Source: Agathobacter sp.
GTDB lineage: Bacteria; Bacillota; Clostridia; Lachnospirales; Lachnospiraceae
Assembly: GCA_017481285.1 (NCBI GenBank)
Contig: JAFUPI010000003.1
Span: forward strand, 6,189 to 70,188
Reading direction: 5' to 3'
Length of the DNA: 64,000 nt
Shown here: positions 18,630 through 29,803 of the stretch, piece by piece
Numbering within the stretch: the first letter of the stretch is position 1
Layout of the letters: every line of letters begins with the position of its first letter
Translations under genes and position numbers: made by a program
The notes under the pieces: generated by a model
What the model was told of the DNA's origin: nothing
The model's database searches: none
The model's input: the letters and a program-made list of their open reading frames with translations, nothing else

Positions 18630-20390
18630 ATGCAGCAGTGGTTACTTATCAATAAAAAGGCTGATTTCAACGCCCTTGGAGAGAAATTTCAGATAGATCA
18701 GGTGACAGCACGTATTATTCGTAATCGTGAGGTTGTGGAAGAGGAAGATATTCGCAGATTTTTGAGTGGGGATTTGAAGGACTTATATGATCCACACCTT
18801 TTGAAGGATGGAGAGCGTCTTATTACAATCCTGGCAGAAAAAATTAGAGAGAAAAAAGCAATTCGTATCATTGGAGACTATGATATCGATGGTGTAATGG
18901 CTACGTATGTGTTGAAAACCGCTTTGGATAAATGTGGTGCAAATGTATCAATTCAGATTCCAGACCGTATCCATGATGGTTATGGTCTGAATCTAAATCT
19001 GATTGAAAAAGCAAGAGAAGATGGAATTGATACTATTTTGACCTGTGATAATGGAATCGCTGCACTTGACGAGATTGCTTATGCAAAAGACTTAGGTATG
19101 ACAGTTCTAGTAACGGATCATCATGAGATTCCATTTGTAGAAGAAGAGGGCGTGCGTGTATACAAACAAAGTCAGGCAGATGCAATAGTAAATCCTCATC
19201 AGCAGGAATGTACCTATCCTTATAAACAGTTATGTGGTGCAGCAGTAGCATGGAAGGTGGTTTGTCTTTTGTATGAACAGTTTGGTGTTGGGTTTGCAGA
19301 AGCAGAAATCCTTTTGGAAAATGTTGCCTTTGCAACGGTTGGAGATATTATGTCTTTGACTGGGGAAAATCGTATTCTGGTTAAGGAAGGGCTCAAAAGA
19401 ATCCGTAAAACCACAAATGTCGGGATGAAGGCTTTGATTGCACAGTGTGGATTGCAGCCAGAGCAGATAGATGCATTTCATTTTGGCTTTGTATTAGGCC
19501 CTTGTATCAATGCCAGTGGTCGATTGGATACTGCAAAACGTGCACTGGAATTGTTTTTTCAGACGAATCCGGTACATGCTATGCAGATTGCAAATGAACT
19601 GGTGGTGCTAAATGAAGAGCGAAAAGAACTGACCAGGGAAGGGGTAGAAGCAGCGATTCGTTTTTACGAGGAAAATGACTGTGAAAAAGATGATGTGTTG
19701 GTGATATATTTACCAGAAGTACATGAGAGTATTGCGGGCATTATTGCGGGGAGAATTCGAGAAAAATACTATAAGCCGGTATTTGTGCTTACCAAAGGCG
19801 AAGATGGTGTAAAAGGGTCAGGACGCTCTACCGAAGAATATTCTATGTATGAAGAAATGTGTAAATGTCAGGAATTGTTTACCAAATTTGGCGGGCATCC
19901 GATGGCTGCTGGAGTTTCTCTGCCAGAGGAAAATGTGGAGACTTTCCGTCAAAGAATAAATGCGCTTTCTTCACTGAGTGAAATGGATAAGAAGCAGAAG
20001 GTGCGTATTGATGTGCCGATGCCGATGGATTATGTCACCATGGATTTGGTACGTGAGTTTTCTATTTTGGCTCCTTTTGGAAAGGACAATACCAAGCCGG
20101 TTTTTGCAGATAAGAATATCCGCATAAAACGTATGTGGGTGATGGGAAAAAATAATAATGTATTAAAATTGTCTCTGGTTACGGCTCAGGGAAAACCTGT
20201 GTCAGGGATTTATTTTGGAGATGTTGATGCGTTTTGTAATTATATCGAATGCAAGTATGGCAAAAAACAGTTGGAAGCAGCTTTGTCTGGACGAGAAAAT
20301 GATATAGTATTGTCACTGGTGTATTATCCAAAGATTAACAGCTTTCGCGGTGTGGATGAGTTGCAGTTTGAAATACAATATTATCAGTAG
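18630..20390 (+). CDS. recJ: ssDNA-specific exonuclease RecJ
   Basis: DYDIDG, TCDNG, TDHH, GSGRS, FGGHPMAAG. Confidence 0.95.
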   Translation: MQQWLLINKKADFNALGEKFQIDQVTARIIRNREVVEEEDIRRFLSGDLKDLYDPHLLKDGERLITILAEKIREKKAIRIIGDYDIDGVMATYVLKTALDKCGANVSIQIPDRIHDGYGLNLNLIEKAREDGIDTILTCDNGIAALDEIAYAKDLGMTVLVTDHHEIPFVEEEGVRVYKQSQADAIVNPHQQECTYPYKQLCGAAVAWKVVCLLYEQFGVGFAEAEILLENVAFATVGDIMSLTGENRILVKEGLKRIRKTTNVGMKALIAQCGLQPEQIDAFHFGFVLGPCINASGRLDTAKRALELFFQTNPVHAMQIANELVVLNEERKELTREGVEAAIRFYEENDCEKDDVLVIYLPEVHESIAGIIAGRIREKYYKPVFVLTKGEDGVKGSGRSTEEYSMYEEMCKCQELFTKFGGHPMAAGVSLPEENVETFRQRINALSSLSEMDKKQKVRIDVPMPMDYVTMDLVREFSILAPFGKDNTKPVFADKNIRIKRMWVMGKNNNVLKLSLVTAQGKPVSGIYFGDVDAFCNYIECKYGKKQLEAALSGRENDIVLSLVYYPKINSFRGVDELQFEIQYYQ

Positions 20391-20445
20391 ACCTTGCGAA
20401 AAAAGGAATGCCATTGTAAAATAGTACTAAATTGGAGGCATATGT

Positions 20446-21369
20446 ATGTTTGGCAGTAGAAAGAATAAAAGAGATGAACAAATAAAAGATATTTTTGATC
20501 ATATTTATCAACAGAGAGTCGTTTTTGAAACTAGTGTATCCCAGGTGGAAGAAGGTAGAAAAAGAGTATATAACGATATTTGCCAGGTGATGACAAATAC
20601 CAATCAGTTAACGACGCATGCGATGTTGAATATCGAAGAAGAAGCGAAAACCATTCACAACATTGATGAATTTTCGAAGGATTTGATTGGAGCTGTTGAG
20701 GAATATGGTCAGCTGAAAATGGAAGTAGGAGAACAATTGCAAGCAGTGACCGCATTGGTGGAGGAGAATAAACATTTTACTTCTCCAGCGAAGTATTTGA
20801 GTGAAGTGCCGAATGCTTTGAGACAGAATTGTCAGTCCTATGCACAACAGTTGGATGATATGACGGAGTATGGAAAGCGCATGGGAGTACTTGCTCTGAA
20901 TGCTGCAATTGAAGCAGGCAGATTAGGTGAAGGCGGCAGAGGTTTCGTTTTAGCGGCAGAAGAGATTCGACAGACGGCTGTTTCTTATGAAAAAGCAGCA
21001 GCTACCATGAAGGAAGAGGTAGAGGCTTCGCGTGAAAAAATTGCAGAGATGGAAGAGACGATTGCTCATTTGATTTCATTGATGAAGGAAAGTAATGTAG
21101 GTACCGCAAAGCTCTTTAAGAAATGTCAGGAAACACAGAAAATCATGGAAAACTCTGGTATGAGAGATTTTTCCGAGGATATGATACTGATACGGGATCA
21201 GGTTGTAAAAATGCGCAATTTAGATGAAGAAATTGCGAAATGTGCAGAACGCAATAAAATTCAGTTGAGTGACATTCAGGAAGATATACAGAATCAGAAA
21301 CAGGAATTGGCAGAAATGGAAAGTGATTTGTTATTTTTGCTAGATTCAGCAGAGGAGCAGCTACAATAA
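20446..21369 (+). CDS. Soluble methyl-accepting chemotaxis signalling-domain protein
   Basis: LALNAAIEAGRLGEGGRGF hairpin-tip motif; no TM segments. Confidence 0.8.
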   Translation: MFGSRKNKRDEQIKDIFDHIYQQRVVFETSVSQVEEGRKRVYNDICQVMTNTNQLTTHAMLNIEEEAKTIHNIDEFSKDLIGAVEEYGQLKMEVGEQLQAVTALVEENKHFTSPAKYLSEVPNALRQNCQSYAQQLDDMTEYGKRMGVLALNAAIEAGRLGEGGRGFVLAAEEIRQTAVSYEKAAATMKEEVEASREKIAEMEETIAHLISLMKESNVGTAKLFKKCQETQKIMENSGMRDFSEDMILIRDQVVKMRNLDEEIAKCAERNKIQLSDIQEDIQNQKQELAEMESDLLFLLDSAEEQLQ

Positions 21370-21387
21370 GCACATAGGAGGTCAACT

Positions 21388-22329
21388 ATGGTTACAAGCA
21401 ATTTTACGTTTTTATCAAATGATGGAAAGACAGCAGTTCATGCAGTAAAGTGGACACCAGATTCAGAAGACTATAAGGCTATCTTACAGATTACACATGG
21501 TATGGTAGAATTTATCGAAAGATATATTCCTTTTGCAGAGTTTTTGACAAGTAAAGGATATATGGTAGTTGGCCATGACCATATTGGACATGGACAGTCA
21601 GTTGCGACTCAGGATGACTGGGGATATTTCTGTGAAGGGAATCCAAGTGACGTGTTAGTTGAGGATATGCATAAACTCCGTACCTTGATACAGGAGGATA
21701 ATCCGGATGTGCCATATTTTATGTTAGGACATAGCATGGGTTCTTTTATGCTTCGTAAGTATTTGGCAGTGCATAACGAAAAACTGCGCGGTGCAATTAT
21801 TATGGGAACTGGCTTCATTCCATGGAATGTGACAGATTTGGCTTTGAAATTAACCGCAGTTGTAGCGAAACTACGTGGTTCAAAGCATCGCAGCAAATTG
21901 ATTCAGAGTCTTGCATTTGGTGCGGACTATGAGGGCTTTGACATGACCGGAGAAAAACCAGAAGATAGCTGGTTGACAAAGGATGTAGAAATTGTGAAGG
22001 CTTATTATAATGAGCCTAGATGTACGTATATGTTTACAGTAAACGGATATAAGGGATTGTTTGAAGCGGTGAATTTTAGCTGCAAATTAGAAAATGCAGA
22101 AAAGCTTCCAAAGAAACTCCCATTGTTTATTGTTTCAGGAGCACAGGACCCCGTAGGTGGATTAGGAAAAGGGGTTAAGGAAACATATGATATGTATAAG
22201 GAAGCAGGTATACAGGACCTTACATACAAATTGTATCAGAATGACCGCCATGAAATTTTGAACGAAACAGATAAACAGGTAGTATTTGAGGACCTGCTTG
22301 CATGGATGAATGTGCGAATTGATACATAG
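21388..22329 (+). CDS. Alpha/beta hydrolase (lysophospholipase-like)
   Basis: HGMVE, GHG, GHSMG, DPV, RHEILNE. Confidence 0.9.
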   Translation: MVTSNFTFLSNDGKTAVHAVKWTPDSEDYKAILQITHGMVEFIERYIPFAEFLTSKGYMVVGHDHIGHGQSVATQDDWGYFCEGNPSDVLVEDMHKLRTLIQEDNPDVPYFMLGHSMGSFMLRKYLAVHNEKLRGAIIMGTGFIPWNVTDLALKLTAVVAKLRGSKHRSKLIQSLAFGADYEGFDMTGEKPEDSWLTKDVEIVKAYYNEPRCTYMFTVNGYKGLFEAVNFSCKLENAEKLPKKLPLFIVSGAQDPVGGLGKGVKETYDMYKEAGIQDLTYKLYQNDRHEILNETDKQVVFEDLLAWMNVRIDT

Positions 22330-22366
22330 AATTTAGTGAGATACAAAGGAATTAATAAGAATTAGT

Positions 22367-23986
22367 ATGGTACAAAAAATTATAGAAAAGAAAAAATGGA
22401 TTATTGTCATAGGGGTAGTAGTGATTATTTTTGCAGCAATTTACCTTGGAGTATCCGTTTATTTCATGAGTCACTTTTATTTTGGAAGCAAAATAGGAGA
22501 TGTGGATGTGTCTGGTAAATCAGCTGCTGCTGCAGATGAAGAACTGCAAAAGACGATGGAGGAGTACGAATTGACTATCAGGGAGATAGATGGTACTACG
22601 GATTCTATTTTAGGCGAGGCGATTGCATTAGAAATAGAATGGAATACATCACCAGCCTCCTATATTGAAAAACAAAAGGGCTTTGATTGGATTGCGAAAA
22701 TATGGCAGACAACTACATATGAGATAGATGGCAGCTTTTTCTTTGATGAAGCAAAGTTGTTAAATGAGATTGCAAGTTTATCTGCAATGGATGAAGCGAA
22801 ACAGATTTTACCAATAGATGCAAAGATATCGGAATATGATGCTGAAAAAGGATATACATTAGTACCTTCTGTACAGGGAACAGCAGTAGATACAGAGGTG
22901 TTTACTTCTAAAATTAAGGAATGTATTCATTCGTTGGATGCAGATTTAGATATGGAAGAGGCAAATTGTTATATTCAGCCAAAGATTGCAGATGATAATG
23001 AGACACTTTTAGCTCTCATGGATGAACTGAATCAGTGCTTGGAAACGGTAATTACGTATCAGGTTGGAGACAAAACACAGGTGTTAGATGCATCTGTTTT
23101 CCAGCCATGGCTTTATGTGAAAGAAGATTTTACAGTAGGTGTGAATGAGGAAGCTGTATCTTCTTACGTAAAGGAACTTTCATCTACATATAATACTTGT
23201 TATAGTGCAAAGAAATTCATGACTTCTTATGGACAGGAGATTACGATTACAAACAGTCACTACGGCTGGAAGGTGGATAGAGATGCGGAAACATCGGCTA
23301 TCGTATCAGATATTATGGCGGGTGTGCCTGTTACAAGAGATTTGAATTATTCTATGACAGCAAACAGCCATGGTAGCAATGATTATGGTAATTCTTATGT
23401 GGAAATCAACCTGACTGCCCAGCATTTGTTTTTATATGTAAATGGACAGCGGGTATTGGAGACGGATTTCGTTTCTGGTAATACAAGTAACAACTGGGAT
23501 ACACCAACGGGCATCTGGGGTGTTACCTATAAGACGAAGGATGCTACTTTAAGAGGTGCGGATTATACAACGCATGTAGATTATTGGATGCCATTTGCAG
23601 GAAATGTTGGTATGCATGATGCTTGGTGGAGAACTACCTTTGGAGCAAGCTATTACAAAAGAGAGGGCTCTCATGGATGTCTCAATATTCCACCTGCGAA
23701 GGCAAAAGTAATTTATGGATATGTAAGTAAGAATTTCCCTGTTATAGTATATCAATTAGAAGGCACACAGACAGAAGCAGGAATCGAACATGATAAGGCT
23801 TATGTCGTGATGGATGCAATCGATGCAATCGGAATCGTATCCATTGAAGAAGAGTATGTAGTTACAGAATGTAGAGCACAATACGAGGCCTTGTCGGATT
23901 TGGCGAAATCTTTTGTAACGAATTATCAGGTTTTGGTAGATGCAGAGAATGTATTAGATTATCTTAAGGAAAAAGCCGGTATGTAA
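22367..23986 (+). CDS. L,D-transpeptidase with peptidoglycan-binding domains
   Basis: N-terminal TM; TPTG, GMHDA, GSHGCLN. Confidence 0.9.
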   Translation: MVQKIIEKKKWIIVIGVVVIIFAAIYLGVSVYFMSHFYFGSKIGDVDVSGKSAAAADEELQKTMEEYELTIREIDGTTDSILGEAIALEIEWNTSPASYIEKQKGFDWIAKIWQTTTYEIDGSFFFDEAKLLNEIASLSAMDEAKQILPIDAKISEYDAEKGYTLVPSVQGTAVDTEVFTSKIKECIHSLDADLDMEEANCYIQPKIADDNETLLALMDELNQCLETVITYQVGDKTQVLDASVFQPWLYVKEDFTVGVNEEAVSSYVKELSSTYNTCYSAKKFMTSYGQEITITNSHYGWKVDRDAETSAIVSDIMAGVPVTRDLNYSMTANSHGSNDYGNSYVEINLTAQHLFLYVNGQRVLETDFVSGNTSNNWDTPTGIWGVTYKTKDATLRGADYTTHVDYWMPFAGNVGMHDAWWRTTFGASYYKREGSHGCLNIPPAKAKVIYGYVSKNFPVIVYQLEGTQTEAGIEHDKAYVVMDAIDAIGIVSIEEEYVVTECRAQYEALSDLAKSFVTNYQVLVDAENVLDYLKEKAGM

Positions 23987-24013
23987 ATTATTCATGAAAG
24001 AGAGAGGATAGGT

Positions 24014-25552
24014 ATGCAGGCTATTTTTGAATCTATTAACAGCATATTTTCTTTTATCGGACCGTTATCCGATTTTCTTTGGGATTTTCCGACCAATTTT
24101 GACTGGTATGCGAACATTCCAATATTAGGAAATTTCTCCTTTGCAATTATTTTGCTTGTGGGTTCTGGTATTTTCTTCAGTTTTAAACTGGGATTTATGC
24201 AGGTAACTCATTTTAAAAAGGGAATCGATATCATGACGGAGAAAAGAACCGTTGAAACGGGAATTTCTCCTATGGCGGCATTTTTATTAAGTTCTGCGAT
24301 GCGTGTTGGCCCGGGAAATATCATTGGTGTTACCGGTGCTATTGCAGTTGGTGGTCCGGGTGCCCTGTTTTGGATGTGGATTTCTGCATTTTTTGGAATG
24401 GCGGTAGCCTATATGGAAGCAGTTCTCGCACAGATTTTCAAAGAGAAAAAGGGCGATGAATTTGTTGGTGGACTTCCGTTTTATGGAAGAAAACTTCTTG
24501 GAAATAAGGTTTGGGTAGGTGTATTTCTGTCTATTTTATATATCCTGTATGCATTATGTTGTCTGCCAGCTCAGGGCTTTAACGTAGTTTCTTCTATTGG
24601 AACAATGGCTGAAATCGTCACAGGTAGTAGTATTGCTAGTGATGCTATGTTTTATTATATTGTAGGCGGAATCATTATTGCGGTGACTGCGATAATTGCC
24701 TTTGGCGGTATCAAAAAGGTAAGTAAATGGACTGACCGAATTGTACCTGTAATGGCGGTTTTATATATTGCTACAGTAGTGGTACTGATTCTTTTGAATC
24801 TGGAGCAAATTCCATATTTCTTTTCTGCTGTTTTCGGTGGAGCATTCCAACCAGAGGCATTCTTTGGTGGAGCTTTCGGTACTGTTTTAGCACAGGGAGT
24901 TAAGAGAGGGCTCATGTCCAATGAAGCAGGTCAGGGTACCATCACTATGTCGGCTGCTTCTGCAGATGCGAAGCACCCTTGTGAACAGGGAATTTTAGCA
25001 TCTATTGGTGTGTTCTTAGACACGATAGTTATCTGTACACTTTCAGGTTTCGTAGTAGTTATGGCACATTGCTGGACGGGAGAAAATGCAGTTGCCTGGG
25101 CGGCTATGGATAAACTACCGAAGTTTAATGAGTCGTTGGCGACTCTTACGCCAGGTACAGCCTTTAATGCAATCGTAACATTTGTGATTACCTTATGTTT
25201 CTGTTTGTTTGCATATACATGTTTGCTTGGTATGATTAGTTTTTCGGAAATTGCTGCGAATCGTATCAAACAGAGTAAAGGCTTTATCAATGGTGTGCGT
25301 ATTGTAGCCATTGCGGTTGCAACATTTGGTATCCTTTGTAATATTGCAGGTCTTGAACTTGGAAACCTTTGGGCATTTTCTGATTTGGGCAATATTCTTA
25401 TTGTATTCTTTAACGTGCCTATTGTATATGTTGGTGCGAAATATGTATTTAGAGCCACAGAACACTTTAAGAAAAGCGATGGTACACCATTTACTTCCAA
25501 AGTAATTGGAAGAGATGATTGTACATATTGGGATGAGAAAGCAAAAAAATAA
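24014..25552 (+). CDS. Alanine/glycine:cation symporter (AGCS family)
   Basis: VGPGNI, GGPGALFWMW, GVKRGLMSNEAGQG, DTIVICT. Confidence 0.9.
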   Translation: MQAIFESINSIFSFIGPLSDFLWDFPTNFDWYANIPILGNFSFAIILLVGSGIFFSFKLGFMQVTHFKKGIDIMTEKRTVETGISPMAAFLLSSAMRVGPGNIIGVTGAIAVGGPGALFWMWISAFFGMAVAYMEAVLAQIFKEKKGDEFVGGLPFYGRKLLGNKVWVGVFLSILYILYALCCLPAQGFNVVSSIGTMAEIVTGSSIASDAMFYYIVGGIIIAVTAIIAFGGIKKVSKWTDRIVPVMAVLYIATVVVLILLNLEQIPYFFSAVFGGAFQPEAFFGGAFGTVLAQGVKRGLMSNEAGQGTITMSAASADAKHPCEQGILASIGVFLDTIVICTLSGFVVVMAHCWTGENAVAWAAMDKLPKFNESLATLTPGTAFNAIVTFVITLCFCLFAYTCLLGMISFSEIAANRIKQSKGFINGVRIVAIAVATFGILCNIAGLELGNLWAFSDLGNILIVFFNVPIVYVGAKYVFRATEHFKKSDGTPFTSKVIGRDDCTYWDEKAKK

Positions 25553-25561
25553 AAAGATAAG

Positions 25562-25600
25562 AAAGGGCGTTGACAAAGTTATATTTGCGACAGCCCTTTT
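25562..25600. repeat. Short palindromic repeat/terminator, copy 1
   Basis: GGGCGTTGACAAAGTTATATTTGCGACAGCCC, near-identical to 30704..30742. Confidence 0.6.
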
Positions 25601-25605
25601 TATAT

Positions 25606-25645
25606 TGACAGTTTGTATTATTTGTATTATGATTGATAATACAAA
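25606..25645 (+). promoter_or_regulatory. Promoter with YtrA/GntR-type operator
   Basis: TTGACA followed by TTTGTATTAT-gattg-ATAATACAAA inverted repeat. Confidence 0.6.
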
Positions 25646-25659
25646 GAGAGGTAATGAGT

Positions 25660-26022
25660 ATGATTATCGCAATCAATGAATATTCAGACATTCCAATTTA
25701 TATACAAATACGAAATCAAATTGTGCTAGGGATTTCAGATGGCAGGATTGCACCAGGTGAGCAGTTGCCAACGGTAAGAGGCTTGGCAGAGGAGATGGGG
25801 GTCAATTCCATGACGGTGAACAAAGCCTATCAGATGCTCAAGCAGGAGGGATATATCTATACGGATAGACGAAATGGGGCCAAGGTTAGAGAACAGTTGA
25901 ATTTCTCTCCGGAGCTGTCAGAGGATTCCAAAGAGGCTTTGCAGCGTGTGATTTCGGAAGCGAAGATTAGAGGAATAACCAAGGAAGAGTTTTATAAAAT
26001 ATGTGAATCTTTTTATGAATAA
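25660..26022 (+). CDS. GntR family (YtrA-like) regulator
   Basis: PIYIQI, LPTVRGLA, VNSMTVNKAY; start may be 25654. Confidence 0.9.
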   Translation: MIIAINEYSDIPIYIQIRNQIVLGISDGRIAPGEQLPTVRGLAEEMGVNSMTVNKAYQMLKQEGYIYTDRRNGAKVREQLNFSPELSEDSKEALQRVISEAKIRGITKEEFYKICESFYE

Positions 26023-26042
26023 TGAGACAAGGAGGAAGAGTT

Positions 26043-27410
26043 ATGAGTATAATGTCTATTATTTTTCTAGTAGGATGCTATCCATTTTTATTTATCATGT
26101 ATCTCATGTTTCGAAATGTAGGAGATAAGAACGGATACTGTTTTGGAGCGACGGTAAGTAAAGAATTAAGAAATGATGAAGCGTTGAAAGCGATTGATAT
26201 GGACTTTCGTAAGACTTTAAAGAAATACACTATCATATTGGCGATAGTGCCATTTATCAGCTTTTTTATTCCTTACATATCAATTGAGTTTACCATTTGG
26301 ATGATTTGGATGCTGGTGATGTGTTTTTATCCAATGTTTTTGTATGCCAGAGCAAATAAGCAGATACAGGATTTAAAAAGGGAGCGAGGATGGGAGCAGA
26401 TAAGTGAGATCGCATATACGGATTTGAAACTGGCAGATACTCCTAGGAAAGTAAAGTTCTTTACATTCTTGCCAACTTTGATTTTAAGTGCACTTCCAGT
26501 TGTTTTAGCTTTTGTTCTGTTTCAGGATGCGGGATTTGTGGCAATTCGTTTTTGCCTGATTACATTTGCAGCCTGTACACTTATGTTTTATTTATTTGCA
26601 GTTTTAACAGATAGACAGAAAGCTGTCGTGATTAGTGAAGATAGTGATACAAATTTGAATTTTGCCAGAGCCAAAAAACAGATTTGGAAAAATTTCTGGT
26701 TGCTTTGTGCTTGGTTGAATACAATATTTACATGGGTTGTTTTAGTTGGTATGTATTTTAGACACAATGCTATCGCGATTTTGATATGGGGTTCACTTAT
26801 TTATGGTGTGGTAGCTATGGTTATTGCACTGCAGCTTATAAAAAAGATGAATGAACTGAATGAAAAATACGAGTCGAAAAGAACGATTGTAGATGTGGCT
26901 ACAGATGACAGACATTGGAAATATGGTATGATGTACTATAATCCAAAGGATACACATGTTATGGTGGAAAATCGTATGGGTACTGGAACATCCATGAATA
27001 TGGCAACAGGAATCGGAAAAGGAGTATATATTTTTGCTGCTCTGTGTCTATTAATTATTCCAGTTATGTGCATTTGGATGATTATGCTTGATTTTACCCC
27101 AATCCGAACAGAGGTGGTGGACGATACCATCGTATGTACGCATTTGAGTGTGGAGTATGAAATTCCAATGGAAGAGATAATGGAATATAGCGTTCTTACA
27201 GAAATGCCACATGTAACGAAAGTGGCAGGCAATGGTATGGACAATGTTTACAGTGGAACATTCGAAATCTACCGCGAAGGTATGTTTGAAGCTTTTTATA
27301 ATCCACAAAATAATTTGTTTATCAAGATTGAAACAGAAGAAGAATTGTATTATATTAGTGGTGTTGATGATGCGGAAACGCAGAAAGTAATTGATAAATT
27401 AGAAAAATAG
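26043..27410 (+). CDS. Membrane protein with DUF5808-like motif and C-terminal PH-like domain
   Basis: DDRHWKYGMMYYNPKD…VENRMGTGTSMN. Confidence 0.7.
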   Translation: MSIMSIIFLVGCYPFLFIMYLMFRNVGDKNGYCFGATVSKELRNDEALKAIDMDFRKTLKKYTIILAIVPFISFFIPYISIEFTIWMIWMLVMCFYPMFLYARANKQIQDLKRERGWEQISEIAYTDLKLADTPRKVKFFTFLPTLILSALPVVLAFVLFQDAGFVAIRFCLITFAACTLMFYLFAVLTDRQKAVVISEDSDTNLNFARAKKQIWKNFWLLCAWLNTIFTWVVLVGMYFRHNAIAILIWGSLIYGVVAMVIALQLIKKMNELNEKYESKRTIVDVATDDRHWKYGMMYYNPKDTHVMVENRMGTGTSMNMATGIGKGVYIFAALCLLIIPVMCIWMIMLDFTPIRTEVVDDTIVCTHLSVEYEIPMEEIMEYSVLTEMPHVTKVAGNGMDNVYSGTFEIYREGMFEAFYNPQNNLFIKIETEEELYYISGVDDAETQKVIDKLEK

Positions 27411-27420
27411 GAGTTTTGCT

Positions 27421-28590
27421 ATGGTTTGGCAGAAGGTATTGGATAAGTTTAAAGAATTATTTGGTGATGAAGGAGAAATCGGAGTTTATTTTGCACCAGG
27501 TCGCGTGAATATGATTGGTGAACATACGGATTATAATGGTGGACATGTATTTCCATGTGCCCTTACCATTGGTACATATGGTGTAGCAAGAAAACGAAAT
27601 GACAGAAAGCTTCGTTTTTATTCCATGAATTTTGAAAAAAGAGGAATTATCGAATCCTCACTAGATGATTTAACACCATATAAAGCTGCAGGCTGGACGA
27701 ATTATCCGAAGGGCGTTATCTGGGCATTTGGAGAAAAGGGAATGCCAGTAGAATGTGGTATGGATCTTGTGTTATTTGGAAATATTCCAAATGGGTCAGG
27801 CCTTTCGTCTTCTGCATCAGTAGAAGTGCTGACTGGATTTATATTGAGAGATATGTTTGGCTTTGATGTAAAGAATCAGGATTTGGCATTGATTGGTCAG
27901 TATTCTGAAAACAAATACAATGGTGTAAATTGTGGTATCATGGATCAGTTTGCCATTGCAATGGGAAAAGAAGGTCATGCGATTTTCCTTGATACAGCTA
28001 CCTTGGAATATGAATATGCACCAATTCAATTGGACAATGCCAAAATCGTAATTTCCTGCAGTAATAAAAAACGAGGTCTTGGAGATTCTAAATACAATGA
28101 AAGACGCAGTGAATGTGAAACCGCATTAGCAGAGCTTCAAGTATGTAAGAATATCAAATCCCTTGGTGATCTTACAGAAGATGAATTTGAAGCGTCAAAG
28201 GAGAATATCCAATCAGACATTCGCATTCAGCGAGCAAAACATGCAGTATACGAGAATCAAAGAACCATAAAAGCAGTGGAAGCATTACAGAATAATGATG
28301 TAGCATTATTTGGAGAATTGATGAATGCATCCCATGTTTCCTTACGTGATGACTATGAAGTGACTGGTATTGAGTTGGATACTCTCGTAGAGGAGGCATG
28401 GAAGGTAGATGGTGTTATTGGTTCTCGTATGACAGGTGCAGGCTTTGGTGGTTGTACAGTAAGTATCGTTAAAGATGAAGCAGTAGATACCTTTATTGAA
28501 CAAGTTGGAAAGGCATATAAAGATAAAATTGGTTATGCAGCTGATTTCTATGTAGTAGAAATTGGTGATGGACCAAAGAAACTTGCATAA
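27421..28590 (+). CDS. galK: Galactokinase
   Basis: GRVNMIGEHTDYN, GLSSSAS, CGIMDQ, GSRMTGAGFGG. Confidence 0.95.
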   Translation: MVWQKVLDKFKELFGDEGEIGVYFAPGRVNMIGEHTDYNGGHVFPCALTIGTYGVARKRNDRKLRFYSMNFEKRGIIESSLDDLTPYKAAGWTNYPKGVIWAFGEKGMPVECGMDLVLFGNIPNGSGLSSSASVEVLTGFILRDMFGFDVKNQDLALIGQYSENKYNGVNCGIMDQFAIAMGKEGHAIFLDTATLEYEYAPIQLDNAKIVISCSNKKRGLGDSKYNERRSECETALAELQVCKNIKSLGDLTEDEFEASKENIQSDIRIQRAKHAVYENQRTIKAVEALQNNDVALFGELMNASHVSLRDDYEVTGIELDTLVEEAWKVDGVIGSRMTGAGFGGCTVSIVKDEAVDTFIEQVGKAYKDKIGYAADFYVVEIGDGPKKLA

Positions 28591-28706
28591 AATCAAAAAC
28601 AAAAGGATTCATTTGCTAATTCTTTACTGTGATAATCTAGACATTCTATCGCTTTTAGGGTAGAATGTCTTTTTATAATAGGAAAAAATTGTTTTGGAGG
28701 CGTTGT

Positions 28707-29768
28707 ATGAAAAATTGGGAAAACAACGTGCGAAAAGTAGTTCCTTATGTGCCTGGAGAACAGCCACAAAAGGAGAAAATGATTAAACTAAATACCAATG
28801 AAAACCCATACCCACCTGCGCCTGGTGTGCAGAAGGTGTTGGAGTCATTTCAGGCGGACAGATTGCGTAAATATCCGGATCCTGTGGTAGGTAAGCTGGT
28901 GCAGGCGATTGCGGATTATTATGGGGTGAAAAAGGAAGAAGTATTCGTAGGAGTAGGCTCAGATGACGTGCTTGCCATGATTTTTATGACCTTCTTTAAT
29001 TCGAAGACACCGATTTTGTTTCCTGACATTACCTATTCTTTTTATGATGTGTGGGCAGATATGCTGCGTATTCCATATCACAAGATTCCATTGGATGAAG
29101 ATTTATGTATTCATCCAGAGGATTATCACAGAGAAAATGGTGGGATTATCTTCCCAAATCCAAATGCTCCAACAGGAGAACTGTTAAAGATGGATGCGGT
29201 AGAAGATATTATTCAAAACAATCCAGATGTGATAGTTGTAGTGGATGAAGCATATATTGATTTTGGCGGAGAAAGTGCGTTACCTCTTATCGAAAAATAT
29301 GATAATGTAATCGTGGTACAGACCTTCTCCAAATCTCGTTCAATGGCGGGATCTCGTATCGGATTCGCGATTAGTAATGAGAAGGTGATTCGATATTTGA
29401 ATGATGTGAAATATTCTTTCAATTCCTATACGATGGATGCTCTTACTATTGAGCTTGGTACAGCAGCAATTCAGGATAAAGAATATTTCGAGATGACTCG
29501 TAACAAAATTATTACGACAAGGGAATGGACCAAATCTGAGTTATATAAACTAGGTTTTGATTTTGGAGATTCTAAGAGTAATTTTATTTTTGTAACTCAT
29601 AAGGAAATTCCAGCAGTAGAGTTGTATCAGGCTTTGCGAGAGGCAGATATTTATGTCAGATATTTCAAGAAGCCAGAGAGAATTGATAATTATCTGCGGA
29701 TTTCCATTGGAACGGATGAAGAGATGAAGGAGTTAATTGATTTCCTGACATCTTTTATCAATAGATAA
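28707..29768 (+). CDS. hisC: Histidinol-phosphate aminotransferase
   Basis: KLNTNENPY, NPNAPTG, DEAY, TFSKSRSMAGSRIG. Confidence 0.9.
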   Translation: MKNWENNVRKVVPYVPGEQPQKEKMIKLNTNENPYPPAPGVQKVLESFQADRLRKYPDPVVGKLVQAIADYYGVKKEEVFVGVGSDDVLAMIFMTFFNSKTPILFPDITYSFYDVWADMLRIPYHKIPLDEDLCIHPEDYHRENGGIIFPNPNAPTGELLKMDAVEDIIQNNPDVIVVVDEAYIDFGGESALPLIEKYDNVIVVQTFSKSRSMAGSRIGFAISNEKVIRYLNDVKYSFNSYTMDALTIELGTAAIQDKEYFEMTRNKIITTREWTKSELYKLGFDFGDSKSNFIFVTHKEIPAVELYQALREADIYVRYFKKPERIDNYLRISIGTDEEMKELIDFLTSFINR

Positions 29769-29803
29769 TTAGTGACGTTATAACAAAAAGAAAGGATTAT
29801 GAA